Sequence record: PP146563.1
DNA: 24,000 bases
From: Klebsiella phage MY02
Strand: one strand, 5' to 3'
Numbering within the stretch: position 1 is the first letter of the stretch; each line of letters opens with the position of its first letter. Made by a program: the position numbers and the translations under genes. Under the pieces are notes generated by a model. The model had not been told where the DNA came from and made no database searches. It worked only from the letters and a program-made list of their open reading frames with translations. Below, piece by piece: positions 1 to 8,008 of the stretch.

Positions 1-2
1 TC

Positions 3-131
3 GAAAAAACTATCTTCGGGCCTGACGTCCACTGGGTAGCCCAGCAGTACGCAGAAGTCAACGATAACTGCCTTTGCAAAATCTTCTTAGGCGACCGCAA
101 AATCGCTGAGCACGGAAGCCATAAACAATAG
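3..131 (+). CDS. 3' end of an upstream CDS (partial at left edge), unknown function
   Basis: Frame open from base 3 (...EKTIFGPDVHWVAQQYAEVNDNCLCKIFLGDRKIAEHGSHKQ) to TAG at 129-131, immediately before a promoter. Confidence 0.5.
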   Translation, partial: EKTIFGPDVHWVAQQYAEVNDNCLCKIFLGDRKIAEHGSHKQ

Positions 132-160
132 TTTACAGTGGTGTAGGAGCATGTTACTAT
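132..160 (+). promoter_or_regulatory. sigma70-type early promoter nested in an inverted repeat
   Basis: TTTACA (132-137), 17 nt, TACTAT (155-160). Inverted repeat TGGTGTAG (139-146) / CTACACCA (165-172). Confidence 0.85.
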
Positions 161-189
161 ACTTCTACACCAACATTGAGGATAAAATC

Positions 190-930
190 ATGCAAGCATC
201 TAACCAAGTTATCGTAGCGCGTCGTCTGGCTAAAACTTTTGAATCTGCTAAGTCCAGAGGCAAAGAATTCAACCTTACCTTTGAATACCTGGCTAATGTA
301 TTAGCCCAGACCCACTGTGCTTACTCGGGTGAAGAGTTCTCAGGCACAGGTCTCGATTCACTAACTCTTGAAAGATGGGATAACGACAAAGGCTACGTCA
401 TTGGCAATGTTATTCCGGTTAAAGAGAAATATAACTCTGCTAGAGGCAATTATTCTATAGAGAAAATGGAAGCTCTTGCTAAAGAAAAATCGGCCCGCAT
501 AGTCCGTGGTTCTGATAATAAACCTGTAACATTGGCTGAAGAAACTCAGGCTAAAATTAAGCTCATCGAGAAAAATATCGAAGGCATAAAAAGCCGCCGC
601 GAAGGTCGTATTGCGGCTCTGAATTCTATTCTCTCTGAAGAATATCTTGACGAAGCCCGTAAGGTAATGATAGCTTCTCTCAAAGCCAGAATTGAAGGCG
701 CTAAGGCTGAGATTGGCCGGCAAGAAGCTACCCTATTCGCTCTTCGTGACGGCCGTAGCATTAAGAACGCTACTAAGCTCTCTAAAGCAGAGGAACAGGT
801 TCGTAATTATGGTATAATTGTTGAAGCTCTTAAACGTTTAGAAAAACGTAACTGGTTGGATACTAAGAAGTTGGAAAAAGGATTGCCATTGAATTGTTCA
901 CTGCTTCAATTAATTAAAGGTAAAATGTAA
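190..930 (+). CDS. HNH-like domain protein with C-terminal coiled-coil region
   Basis: Likely start is ATG at 190, because the ORF-track ATG at 151 lies inside the promoter. Motif AKSRGKEFNLTFEYL...CAYSG...LDSLTLERWDNDKGYVIGNVIPVKEKYNSARG resembles the phage HNH pattern '(L)DRiDs.kGY..gNv..v...N'. Confidence 0.6.
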   Translation: MQASNQVIVARRLAKTFESAKSRGKEFNLTFEYLANVLAQTHCAYSGEEFSGTGLDSLTLERWDNDKGYVIGNVIPVKEKYNSARGNYSIEKMEALAKEKSARIVRGSDNKPVTLAEETQAKIKLIEKNIEGIKSRREGRIAALNSILSEEYLDEARKVMIASLKARIEGAKAEIGRQEATLFALRDGRSIKNATKLSKAEEQVRNYGIIVEALKRLEKRNWLDTKKLEKGLPLNCSLLQLIKGKM

Positions 931-1238
931 TGATGATGCACTATGGATACGTTATTGCGTATAAAGATAAGCCCGGTTTTGTGCTTCCTTACGAATACGG
1001 CGGGTGCTGCAAAGTCTTCTCTGATGAAGCCAAAGCTAAAAATGAATATGAGGCTTTAAAAGCTTACCTGGAACATAAATTTGTTACCCGAGTTAAGTCT
1101 GTGGAGCGTCGAGTCGTCCCCCGTAAGTGGTGGTTCCCTAAAGTGCTTATTGTGACAACGCGCTATAGTGATGACGAACTTAAATCTCTCCGCCAAATCA
1201 TCAACACACTACACGTTAAAAAGGTAAGATTAGCTTGA
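930..1238 (+). CDS. Conserved-looking hypothetical early protein
   Basis: 102-aa ORF in a tightly packed operon; start overlaps the stop of the previous gene and end overlaps dda. Confidence 0.7.
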   Translation: MMMHYGYVIAYKDKPGFVLPYEYGGCCKVFSDEAKAKNEYEALKAYLEHKFVTRVKSVERRVVPRKWWFPKVLIVTTRYSDDELKSLRQIINTLHVKKVRLA

Positions 1239-2563
1239 TTACGTTCGATATGCTGAACAAAGGTCAGAAGAAAGCCTTTGACTATATTATCAGTCGTATT
1301 AAAGCCGGTAAAGGAAACCATATCACTCTAAATGGCCCGGCTGGAACTGGTAAAACCACGATGACCAAATTCATCGTTGATTACTTGATTTCTCAAGGAG
1401 TATCTGGTGTCGTTTTAGCTGCTCCTACGCATGCCGCTAAAAAAGTATTAAGCAAACTGTCTGGTATTGAAGCTCGGACAATCCACAGCTTGTTGAAAAT
1501 TAACCCGACGACATACGAAGACTCTGTAACATTTGAGCAAAAAGGCGATGTAGACGTATCTGAACTACGGGTGGTTGTTTGCGACGAAGCCTCTATGTAC
1601 GACCGAAAACTGTTCCAGATTCTGATGGCCACCATTCCACGGTATTGTCTTGTCATTGCTATAGGCGATAAAGCTCAGATTCGTCCTGTAGAACCTGGCT
1701 CTACTGTACCAGCTCTGTCGCCGTTCTTCAGTCATAAAGATTTTGACCAGCTTGAACTTGATGAAGTGATGCGTAGTAATGCTCCTATCATTAAAGTAGC
1801 TACAGATATCCGTAATGGTAAATGGATCTACGACCACCAATGTGACGGTCATGGTGTTCACGGATTCACATCAACAACAGCTCTTAAAGATTTCATGATG
1901 AAGTATTTTGAAATCGTTAAAGACCCTGAAGATATGTTCGAAAACAAGATGTTTGCTTTCACGAACAAATCTGTTGATAAATTGAACTCTATTATTAGGC
2001 GACGAATTCTTGAGACAGAAGATGCTTTTATCACAGGTGAAGTTATAGTAATGCAAGAGCCTTTGATCAAAGAGCTTGAATTCGAAGGTAAGAGGTTTAA
2101 CGACCTTAAATTTAATAATGGGCAATATGTTCGTATTGTAAGTGCTGAATACGTTTCATCTTTTGTTTCTTGTAAAGGTGTCTCCGGTGAGTATATGCTT
2201 CGGCACTGGCGATTAACGGTAGAAACTTACGACAAAGATGAAGATTATCATCTAGAAACTATCAACGTTATCTCTGATGAACAAGAACAAAATAAGTTCC
2301 AGTTCTTCTTGGCTAAGGCTGCTGATACATATCGCAACTGGCAGAAAGGTGGTAAAGCTCCATGGAAATCTTTCTGGGCTGCTAAACGCATGTTTCATAA
2401 AGTAAAACCTCTGCCGGCTTCAACATTCCATAAAGCCCAAGGGTTATCGGTCGATACGAGTTTCTTGTATACACCTTGTATTCATGTAGCTGATGCTGAA
2501 TTAGCTCAACAATTATTGTACGTCGGCACTACCCGCGGACGCCATGATGTTTATTATGTATAG
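1235..2563 (+). CDS. dda: Dda-like SF1B DNA helicase
   Basis: Walker A NGPAGTGKTT, DEASMYDRK motif, GDKAQIRPVEPG, C-terminal LPASTFHKAQGLSVD...QQLLYVGTTRG; near-collinear with T4 Dda. Confidence 0.98.
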   Translation: MITFDMLNKGQKKAFDYIISRIKAGKGNHITLNGPAGTGKTTMTKFIVDYLISQGVSGVVLAAPTHAAKKVLSKLSGIEARTIHSLLKINPTTYEDSVTFEQKGDVDVSELRVVVCDEASMYDRKLFQILMATIPRYCLVIAIGDKAQIRPVEPGSTVPALSPFFSHKDFDQLELDEVMRSNAPIIKVATDIRNGKWIYDHQCDGHGVHGFTSTTALKDFMMKYFEIVKDPEDMFENKMFAFTNKSVDKLNSIIRRRILETEDAFITGEVIVMQEPLIKELEFEGKRFNDLKFNNGQYVRIVSAEYVSSFVSCKGVSGEYMLRHWRLTVETYDKDEDYHLETINVISDEQEQNKFQFFLAKAADTYRNWQKGGKAPWKSFWAAKRMFHKVKPLPASTFHKAQGLSVDTSFLYTPCIHVADAELAQQLLYVGTTRGRHDVYYV

Positions 2564-2570
2564 GTGAACT

Positions 2571-2792
2571 ATGTTACGCATTAACGAATACACAGCTAAC
2601 AAATTAATTGAATCTTATGACGCTCGCCATGAAACCATGATGCCTCACCAAGCTGAAGCAATGTATAAGGTTCGTTGCATTTGTGAAAATGCTATTAGTG
2701 TTGCATCTTATCTAGGAGCAACTCCAGACATCATTATTCCTAGCAGTTTAGTTGAAGTTATGTCAACAATTGCTTATGAAGGTAAACTATGA
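2571..2792 (+). CDS. Hypothetical protein between dda and dexA
   Basis: 73-aa ORF with tight intergenic spacing; its stop overlaps the dexA start. Confidence 0.7.
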   Translation: MLRINEYTANKLIESYDARHETMMPHQAEAMYKVRCICENAISVASYLGATPDIIIPSSLVEVMSTIAYEGKL

Positions 2793-3472
2793 TTGATATT
2801 ATTATCGACTACGAAACATTTGCTACAACTTCTAACTCTGCGGCAATTGACCTGAGTTTAATTGCCTATAACTCAGACCCTGAAGTGGTTCAATCTTTAG
2901 ATGAACTTATCTCTAAAGGCCTGCGGGTTAAATTCGACTTAGCTTCACAGAAAGGCTCCAGATTATTCTCTAAGTCAACTTTAGCTTGGTGGAAGGACCA
3001 ATCTCCAGAAGCCCGTAAGAACTTAGTCCCATCTGACGAAGATAAACCAGTTATCGAAGGCATTAAGATTGTCCTGGATTGGATTCGCGAACAAGGTGTA
3101 GATCCATGGAACAGCCAGATGTGGTGCCGTGGAATGAGCTTCGATATTCCTATTTTCACAGATATGATTCGTGAATTGTATCGTGCTGAAGGCATTCCTG
3201 AAAATGAAATCGATACCTTTAAGCTTGAGCCTGTCAAGTTCTGGAATCAGCGTGATATCCGTACTGCTATTGAAGCATACAGTATGGTACGCGGTATGAC
3301 CACAACTCCTCTGCCTAATGGTACTCTAAAAGGCTTCGTAGCTCATGATAGTCTTCATGATTGTGCTAAAGATATTTTGATGTTAAAATATGCACAACGT
3401 TATGCTCTTGGTCTGGATGAATGTCCGTCTGAAGCTGAAGCCGATCCACTCTCATTGAGTAAAACACGATGA
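2789..3472 (+). CDS. dexA: Exonuclease A (DexA), DEDD-type 3'-5' exonuclease
   Basis: IIDYETFAT... N-terminal exonuclease motif, FDLASQKGSRLF, WWKDQSPEARKN, SQMWCRGMSFDIPI, FWNQRDIRTAIEA, GFVAHDSLHDCAKDILM, as in T4 DexA. Confidence 0.97.
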   Translation: MIDIIIDYETFATTSNSAAIDLSLIAYNSDPEVVQSLDELISKGLRVKFDLASQKGSRLFSKSTLAWWKDQSPEARKNLVPSDEDKPVIEGIKIVLDWIREQGVDPWNSQMWCRGMSFDIPIFTDMIRELYRAEGIPENEIDTFKLEPVKFWNQRDIRTAIEAYSMVRGMTTTPLPNGTLKGFVAHDSLHDCAKDILMLKYAQRYALGLDECPSEAEADPLSLSKTR

Positions 3473-3642
3473 ACGACTTTGAGTATGATGAAAACTTTGA
3501 AGAATGGTTTAACTCGACCATTCTTCCTGAAATCTCCCCAAGTATGGTTTTAGTTGTTAAAGCAACTATGGCGAAAGGTTGGGAAGCTGGTTATAATTTT
3601 GGTGTTGACACTGGTATTGAACTTTCTAACTGTATTCGCTAA
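3469..3642 (+). CDS. Small hypothetical protein (57 aa), absent from the ORF track
   Basis: ATGA overlap with the dexA stop; MNDFEYDENFEEWFNSTILPEISPSMVLVVKATMAKGWEAGYNFGVDTGIELSNCIR. Confidence 0.65.
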   Translation: MNDFEYDENFEEWFNSTILPEISPSMVLVVKATMAKGWEAGYNFGVDTGIELSNCIR

Positions 3643-3651
3643 GGAAATAAA

Positions 3652-4095
3652 ATGATCCCTATTGACTCTCTGGTTTACGTATCCTCTCTGTCTCGTTCTC
3701 GCCTGGCTGGTAAATTCGGCGTTGTTGAAGGTATCCGTTTTGGGTGGCTCGGCGGAATCAAAGAATATGTTATCTCTGCTAACGGTGTTACTGGCTACGT
3801 ATCTCCAATGTATGTTTCCGAAGCTGAAGCTCCTAAGGTTGAAAAACCAAAAGCTTATGTAACTGATACAGATGTTGCATCAGCTTATGCTTATGCTTGT
3901 CCAGTTCTGCCTCTTCCTATTGACCCGACTGATCTATTGTGCCTTGCAGTTCAAATCGAAACTCCGTTCATCCGTGTCTGCGGTTGGGTTACCGACCAGT
4001 GGATTGAAGATGGCGTCGAACTGTTGAACGTAGTTCATGATGGCGATTACTCTGTGGTTCCGCGTTCCGCTGTGAAAAATATTATCACTAAGTAG
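3652..4095 (+). CDS. Hypothetical early protein, positional neighbour of the motB region in T4
   Basis: 147-aa ORF preceded by AAGGAAATAAA RBS. N-terminus (LVYVSSLSRSRLAGKFGVVEGIRFG...GVTGYVSP) loosely resembles an SH3/KOW-like fold, but identity with MotB is not established. Confidence 0.7.
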   Translation: MIPIDSLVYVSSLSRSRLAGKFGVVEGIRFGWLGGIKEYVISANGVTGYVSPMYVSEAEAPKVEKPKAYVTDTDVASAYAYACPVLPLPIDPTDLLCLAVQIETPFIRVCGWVTDQWIEDGVELLNVVHDGDYSVVPRSAVKNIITK

Positions 4096-4124
4096 TTTAC
4101 AACTTGGTAGGAGCATGATACTAT
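4096..4124 (+). promoter_or_regulatory. sigma70-type early promoter nested in a perfect 9-bp inverted repeat
   Basis: TTTACA (4096-4101), 17 nt, TACTAT (4119-4124). TTGGTAGGA (4104-4112) / TCCTACCAA (4127-4135). Confidence 0.88.
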
Positions 4125-4155
4125 GTTCCTACCAACCAAATGAGAGGAAAACAAA

Positions 4156-4377
4156 ATGAAAGTTGTAGCTACCACAAATTCAAATCGCGACGAATTCGAA
4201 GATGTTCTGTTTAACCCGGACTTAGTAGTTGTGCAGAAAGATATCACTGAATTTTTATGCTGTACACAAATCGTGTATGTCTATAACAAATTAGGCGATA
4301 CTCTTCCGGCTTATGCCATCTTCCGTGAAATCTCTGAAAACGGTACTGATTACTGGAAAGAAACTTACGAGGCCTAA
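4156..4377 (+). CDS. Hypothetical early protein
   Basis: 73-aa ORF directly behind a promoter, RBS GAGAGGAAAACAAAATG. Confidence 0.75.
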   Translation: MKVVATTNSNRDEFEDVLFNPDLVVVQKDITEFLCCTQIVYVYNKLGDTLPAYAIFREISENGTDYWKETYEA

Positions 4378-4378
4378 A

Positions 4379-5092
4379 ATGCAAAACAAATATTTTCGTT
4401 TCATCAGCGATGATGCCCGTGCACAGTTTGAAGCCAACTATTCTTCGAACATTGATATTGCTAATGCTATCCAGAATAGCATTTTTAAAGTTATTCAGGT
4501 TGCTATTGATAATGTCGTAGGTATCCAGTTTAAAAGCGGCGCGGTTCTTACATATAGTAAAGATTGTCTTTACATAACCTGTAGCGAGATGGAAGAATTT
4601 TTTGTTGAAGTCTCCGGCTTTGACGGCGATTCAGGCATTTGGGAAGAAGGTGAAACCTATATCTGCATTAATTTAAAAGGTTTGGTTCAACGTAGTAAGT
4701 TAAATGTTCGCTTTGCTGAACTAGTTCATTTAAATCGGTTTACGGTTTTAGCTGTTGACCATAGCCTTGGCAGCCCTCGTGTTAAAACTGTTCAAGTTGG
4801 TAACCAGAAAATCAATCTGGCATTAGTTCAAGCCGAACGTTCGTTCTTTAGTCGTTGGACAGATTTCAAAAACAACATCAACGGTGATATGGTTGTTCAA
4901 GAATATCTCGATGAACTTGACGAACTCGGCGAACTTGATGAAACCCAAGATGCTGAGAACGACGTCGGTACTGTTGATCCGGCTCCACTAGTCCTTGAAG
5001 GACCGGCAAAGATTGATCTAATCGTGTCAGATGAAAAATCTCGTCTGGCGGCAATTAAATTTTTAGAAGGAACTCGTTTTGCCAACGTATAA
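4379..5092 (+). CDS. Hypothetical protein
   Basis: Start at internal ATG 4379 (MQNKYFRFISDDAR...) rather than 4313, which overlaps the upstream gene; 237 aa. Confidence 0.75.
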   Translation: MQNKYFRFISDDARAQFEANYSSNIDIANAIQNSIFKVIQVAIDNVVGIQFKSGAVLTYSKDCLYITCSEMEEFFVEVSGFDGDSGIWEEGETYICINLKGLVQRSKLNVRFAELVHLNRFTVLAVDHSLGSPRVKTVQVGNQKINLALVQAERSFFSRWTDFKNNINGDMVVQEYLDELDELGELDETQDAENDVGTVDPAPLVLEGPAKIDLIVSDEKSRLAAIKFLEGTRFANV

Positions 5093-5255
5093 CTATAAAT
5101 GTGAAGCTTGTGACGAAGAGCGCGAGTATATTCGTAAAATCTCTGAACGGGATGAGCCGGTAGAGTGCCCGTTCCTGAATTGCGAAGGTAAAATGCACCG
5201 TACTGTGTCTGCTCCTGCAGTTCACTATGATGGTCTTAAATCGGGTGATTATTAA
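5079..5255 (+). CDS. FmdB-like small zinc-ribbon protein (58 aa), TTG start, absent from the ORF track
   Basis: MPTYNYKCEACDEEREYIRKISERDEPVECPFLNCEGKMHRTVSAPAVHYDGLKSGDY. The N-terminus MPTYxYxCxxC and a second C-x4-C pair match the FmdB-type zinc ribbon pattern. Confidence 0.7.
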   Translation: MPTYNYKCEACDEEREYIRKISERDEPVECPFLNCEGKMHRTVSAPAVHYDGLKSGDY

Positions 5256-5350
5256 TGAGAATGCGTGCACGTCGTATCTACATGGCATCAGGTGAAATGC
5301 GTGAATTTAAACTTAATGATGGCCGCACTGTGATTGTGAGAAAACGATGA
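5255..5350 (+). CDS. Tiny hypothetical protein (31 aa)
   Basis: ATG overlapping the preceding TAA; MRMRARRIYMASGEMREFKLNDGRTVIVRKR; stop overlaps the next ATG. Confidence 0.45.
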   Translation: MRMRARRIYMASGEMREFKLNDGRTVIVRKR

Positions 5351-5550
5351 CTACTTCGGAATCATTTGGCATACATCCTTATTACAAGCATTTGACTCAT
5401 ATCTTTACTCTTAAAGGTCCTGGTCGAATACGGATGATGTATCGTCCAACTAAATTGACAGCTAAACAAAAGCGAGAAGCTAAGAAAGAATTCAGGTCCT
5501 TTCTTAAGTCTGGTTTACACGCTGCAAAGTGGGTAGAAAAATCTAAATAA
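5347..5550 (+). CDS. Small basic hypothetical protein
   Basis: 67-aa ORF, ATGA overlap with upstream microORF, ends just before a terminator hairpin. Confidence 0.65.
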   Translation: MTTSESFGIHPYYKHLTHIFTLKGPGRIRMMYRPTKLTAKQKREAKKEFRSFLKSGLHAAKWVEKSK

Positions 5551-5573
5551 GGGCTTCGGCCCTTTTGCTTTTT
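5549..5573 (+). terminator. Rho-independent terminator with UUCG tetraloop
   Basis: AAGGGC-TTCG-GCCCTT followed by TTGCTTTTT immediately downstream of the stop codon. Confidence 0.75.
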
Positions 5574-5590
5574 AGAATACGGGATAATAT
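5564..5590 (+). promoter_or_regulatory. Candidate MotA-dependent middle promoter for gene 39
   Basis: MotA-box-like TTTGCTTTT (5564-5572), 12 nt, TAATAT (5585-5590), upstream of the gene 39 ATG at 5616. Confidence 0.6.
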
Positions 5591-5615
5591 AGCTTCCACT
5601 ACAAGAGGAAATGAA

Positions 5616-7457
5616 ATGATTAAGAACGAAATTAAAGTACTTTCAGACGTTGAACATATCAAGAAACGTAGTGGGATGTATATTGGTAGCTCAGCGCATG
5701 AAGCCCATGAACGCTTTCTGTTCGGTAAACATATGTCTCTGATGTATGTTCCTGGCGTAGTTAAGCTGATTGATGAAATCATTGACAACTCTGTTGATGA
5801 AGCCATTCGTACAAGCTTTAAGTTCGCCAACAAAATTGATGTTGAAATCCGTGGAAATAAAGTTATCGTTGAAGATAACGGCCGAGGTATTCCTCAAGAT
5901 TTAGTTGAAACCCAGACGGGTGAACAGATCCCAGGTCCGGTAGCTGCATGGACTATTCCAAAGGCCGGCGGTAACTTTGGCGATGACGCTGAGCGTAAGA
6001 CAGGCGGCATGAATGGTGTCGGTAGTAGTTTAACCAATATCTTCTCTGTTTTGTTCGCAGGCGCCACCTGCGATGGAAATAATGAGATTACAGTACAGTG
6101 TTCTAACGGTATGGAATCAGTCAGTTGGCGTAAAGTTCCTGCCTCTAAGAAAGAACACGTCAAAGCTAAAACAGGAACAGTTGTTTCATTTATTCCAGAC
6201 TTTGTTAACTTTGAAGTAAGTAGTCTGACTGATGTTTATAGCGAAATCACTTTAGACCGTCTTCAAACTCTGGCTGTAATTTATCCAGATATTAAATTTA
6301 CGTTTAACGGTAAAAAGGTTGATGGTAACTTTAAAAAGTTTGCTAAACAGTTTGGTGAGAGTGTAGTAATTCAAGAAACTGACAATGTTTCTATGGCATT
6401 TACTAATTCTGAAGATGGGTTCCGTCATCTGACTTATGTGAACAACATCCACACTAAAAACGGTGGACACCACGTTGAATGCGTATTCGATGATATCTGT
6501 GAACACCTTCTACCAGGCATTAAGCGCAAGTACAAAGGCATCGAAGTAACTAAGGCCCGTGTTAAAGAATGCATGACTATGATTATGTTCATTCGTGACA
6601 TGTCTAATATGCGATTCGATTCTCAGACTAAAGAGCGTTTGACCTCTCCTTTCGGTGAGATCCGTAGTCATATTAAAATCGATGCCAAAAAGATTGCACA
6701 AAGCATTTTGAAAGATGAAGGCCTTATTATGCCTATCGTCGAAGCTGCATTAGCTCGAAAATTAGCTGCTGAAAAAGCCGCCGAAACTAAAGCTAATAAA
6801 AAAGCCGCTAAAGCTAAAGTAGAAAAGCATATCAAGGCTAACATGTACGGCAAAGATGCCGACACAACCCTGTTCTTAACAGAAGGTGATTCTGCAATTG
6901 GTTATTTGATTGAAGTTCGCAATCGAGAACTTCATGGCGGATATCCATTACGTGGTAAGTTTATGAATACATGGGGTATGTCTGCTGTAGATATCCTAAA
7001 GAACAAAGAAGCCTTTGATATCTGTGCAATCACTGGATTAACTATCGGTGAATCTGCTGAAGGTATGAACTACAGAAATATCGCTATCATGACTGATGCT
7101 GACGTTGACGGCACTGGTTCAATCTATCCTTCACTGCTGGCTTTCTTTACCCAGTGGCCGGAACTATTTGAGCAAGGTCGAATTCGTTTTGTAAAAACTC
7201 CTGTTATTATCGCCCAAGTCGGTAAAAAACAAGAATGGTTCTATGATCTGCCTTCTTACGATAAGGCTAAAGGATCTCTTGGTAAGCATAGTATTCGATA
7301 TATTAAAGGGCTTGGTTCTTTGACTCGCGATGAGTATGAACGAGTTATCCAAGAACCTGTTTATGATGTAGTTAAACTGCCTGAAAATTGGAAAGATCTT
7401 TTTGAAATGCTGATGGGTAAAGATGCATCTAAGCGTAAAGCTTGGATGGCCGCTTAA
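5616..7457 (+). CDS. 39: DNA topoisomerase II large subunit, unsplit (equivalent to T4 gp39 + gp60)
   Basis: Start MIKNEIKVLSDVEHIKKRSGMYIGS. GHKL ATPase motifs (EIIDNSVDEAIR, VEDNGRGIP, GGMNGVGSS) and TOPRIM motifs (LTEGDSA, MTDADVDG) occur in one continuous ORF. Confidence 0.97.
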   Translation: MIKNEIKVLSDVEHIKKRSGMYIGSSAHEAHERFLFGKHMSLMYVPGVVKLIDEIIDNSVDEAIRTSFKFANKIDVEIRGNKVIVEDNGRGIPQDLVETQTGEQIPGPVAAWTIPKAGGNFGDDAERKTGGMNGVGSSLTNIFSVLFAGATCDGNNEITVQCSNGMESVSWRKVPASKKEHVKAKTGTVVSFIPDFVNFEVSSLTDVYSEITLDRLQTLAVIYPDIKFTFNGKKVDGNFKKFAKQFGESVVIQETDNVSMAFTNSEDGFRHLTYVNNIHTKNGGHHVECVFDDICEHLLPGIKRKYKGIEVTKARVKECMTMIMFIRDMSNMRFDSQTKERLTSPFGEIRSHIKIDAKKIAQSILKDEGLIMPIVEAALARKLAAEKAAETKANKKAAKAKVEKHIKANMYGKDADTTLFLTEGDSAIGYLIEVRNRELHGGYPLRGKFMNTWGMSAVDILKNKEAFDICAITGLTIGESAEGMNYRNIAIMTDADVDGTGSIYPSLLAFFTQWPELFEQGRIRFVKTPVIIAQVGKKQEWFYDLPSYDKAKGSLGKHSIRYIKGLGSLTRDEYERVIQEPVYDVVKLPENWKDLFEMLMGKDASKRKAWMAA

Positions 7458-7459
7458 TT

Positions 7460-7477
7460 AAAGGGCTTCGGCCCTTT
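7460..7477 (+). terminator. UUCG hairpin between topoisomerase gene and next ORF (no U-tract; may be an RNA-stabilising hairpin)
   Basis: AAAGGGC-TTCG-GCCCTTT followed directly by GGAGG RBS. Confidence 0.4.
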
Positions 7478-7486
7478 GGAGGTTAT

Positions 7487-7810
7487 ATGAATCTGGTAAT
7501 GCAAAATAATGCGATAGTTAATTTAGATAACATAGCCAGAATGGTAATGGAATCTGCAATTAGGCGTGTTGAATTTATAGACTCAGACGCCGCCAGGAAG
7601 AAAAAGTACCTGTTGGCTGTAAGAAACATAGCCGATAAGATTAAAATGAACCAGGAGTTAACCAGCGTTGAACGTGACTCAACTTTAAAGCTCATTTACA
7701 TGCACCGTGAAGAAAAGAGTACAATGGGTGAAATGAGACGAATCTTGGCTGAGCTTGGTTCTACCCGTGAGTACGTTCAACATAAGGTGGTCCAGAATGC
7801 GAAGCTATAG
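7487..7810 (+). CDS. Hypothetical protein between topoisomerase and rIIA
   Basis: ATG at 7487 with GGAGGTTAT RBS: MNLVMQNNAIVNLDNIARMV...; 107 aa. Confidence 0.7.
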   Translation: MNLVMQNNAIVNLDNIARMVMESAIRRVEFIDSDAARKKKYLLAVRNIADKIKMNQELTSVERDSTLKLIYMHREEKSTMGEMRRILAELGSTREYVQHKVVQNAKL

Positions 7811-8000
7811 AGTTAACTTGAACTTGTTAGATAATGCTATATTCAAAGAGTATAGAATGATTCAACGGTTCTTTGATATCGACGAAGCTGAGTTGTTTAA
7901 AGAACGCTTCACAGATATTCGTATTAAAATAACCCACGACTGTGCATCGGCCGAAGAGCTCTTAGAGTGCGCCGAATTGATTAAATTACATAACGATTAA
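7797..8000 (+). CDS. Small hypothetical protein upstream of rIIA
   Basis: MRSYRVNLNLLDNAIFKEYRMIQRFFDIDEAELFKERF...; overlaps the previous gene end; same position as T4 rIIA.1, but homology not confirmed. Confidence 0.6.
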   Translation: MRSYRVNLNLLDNAIFKEYRMIQRFFDIDEAELFKERFTDIRIKITHDCASAEELLECAELIKLHND

Positions 8001-8008
8001 GGTAAAAA

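Noticed and set aside
361-723. Long - strand ORFs opposite early genes (361-723, 1393-1656, 2890-3237, 5894-6163, 9277-9606, 10610-10918 and others)
   Set aside because: All lie antisense to well-supported + strand genes and their products are low-complexity mirror frames with no family features.
1955-1990. TTTGCTTTC inside dda with a following GATAAA-like hexamer
   Set aside because: Spacing exceeds the canonical ~12 nt and the -10 is poor; probably coding coincidence.
7905-7935. MotA-box-like AACGCTTCA before rIIA followed by TATTAA
   Set aside because: The core is CGCTT rather than TGCTT, the -10 is poor and the spacing is about 10 nt; too weak to list as a promoter.
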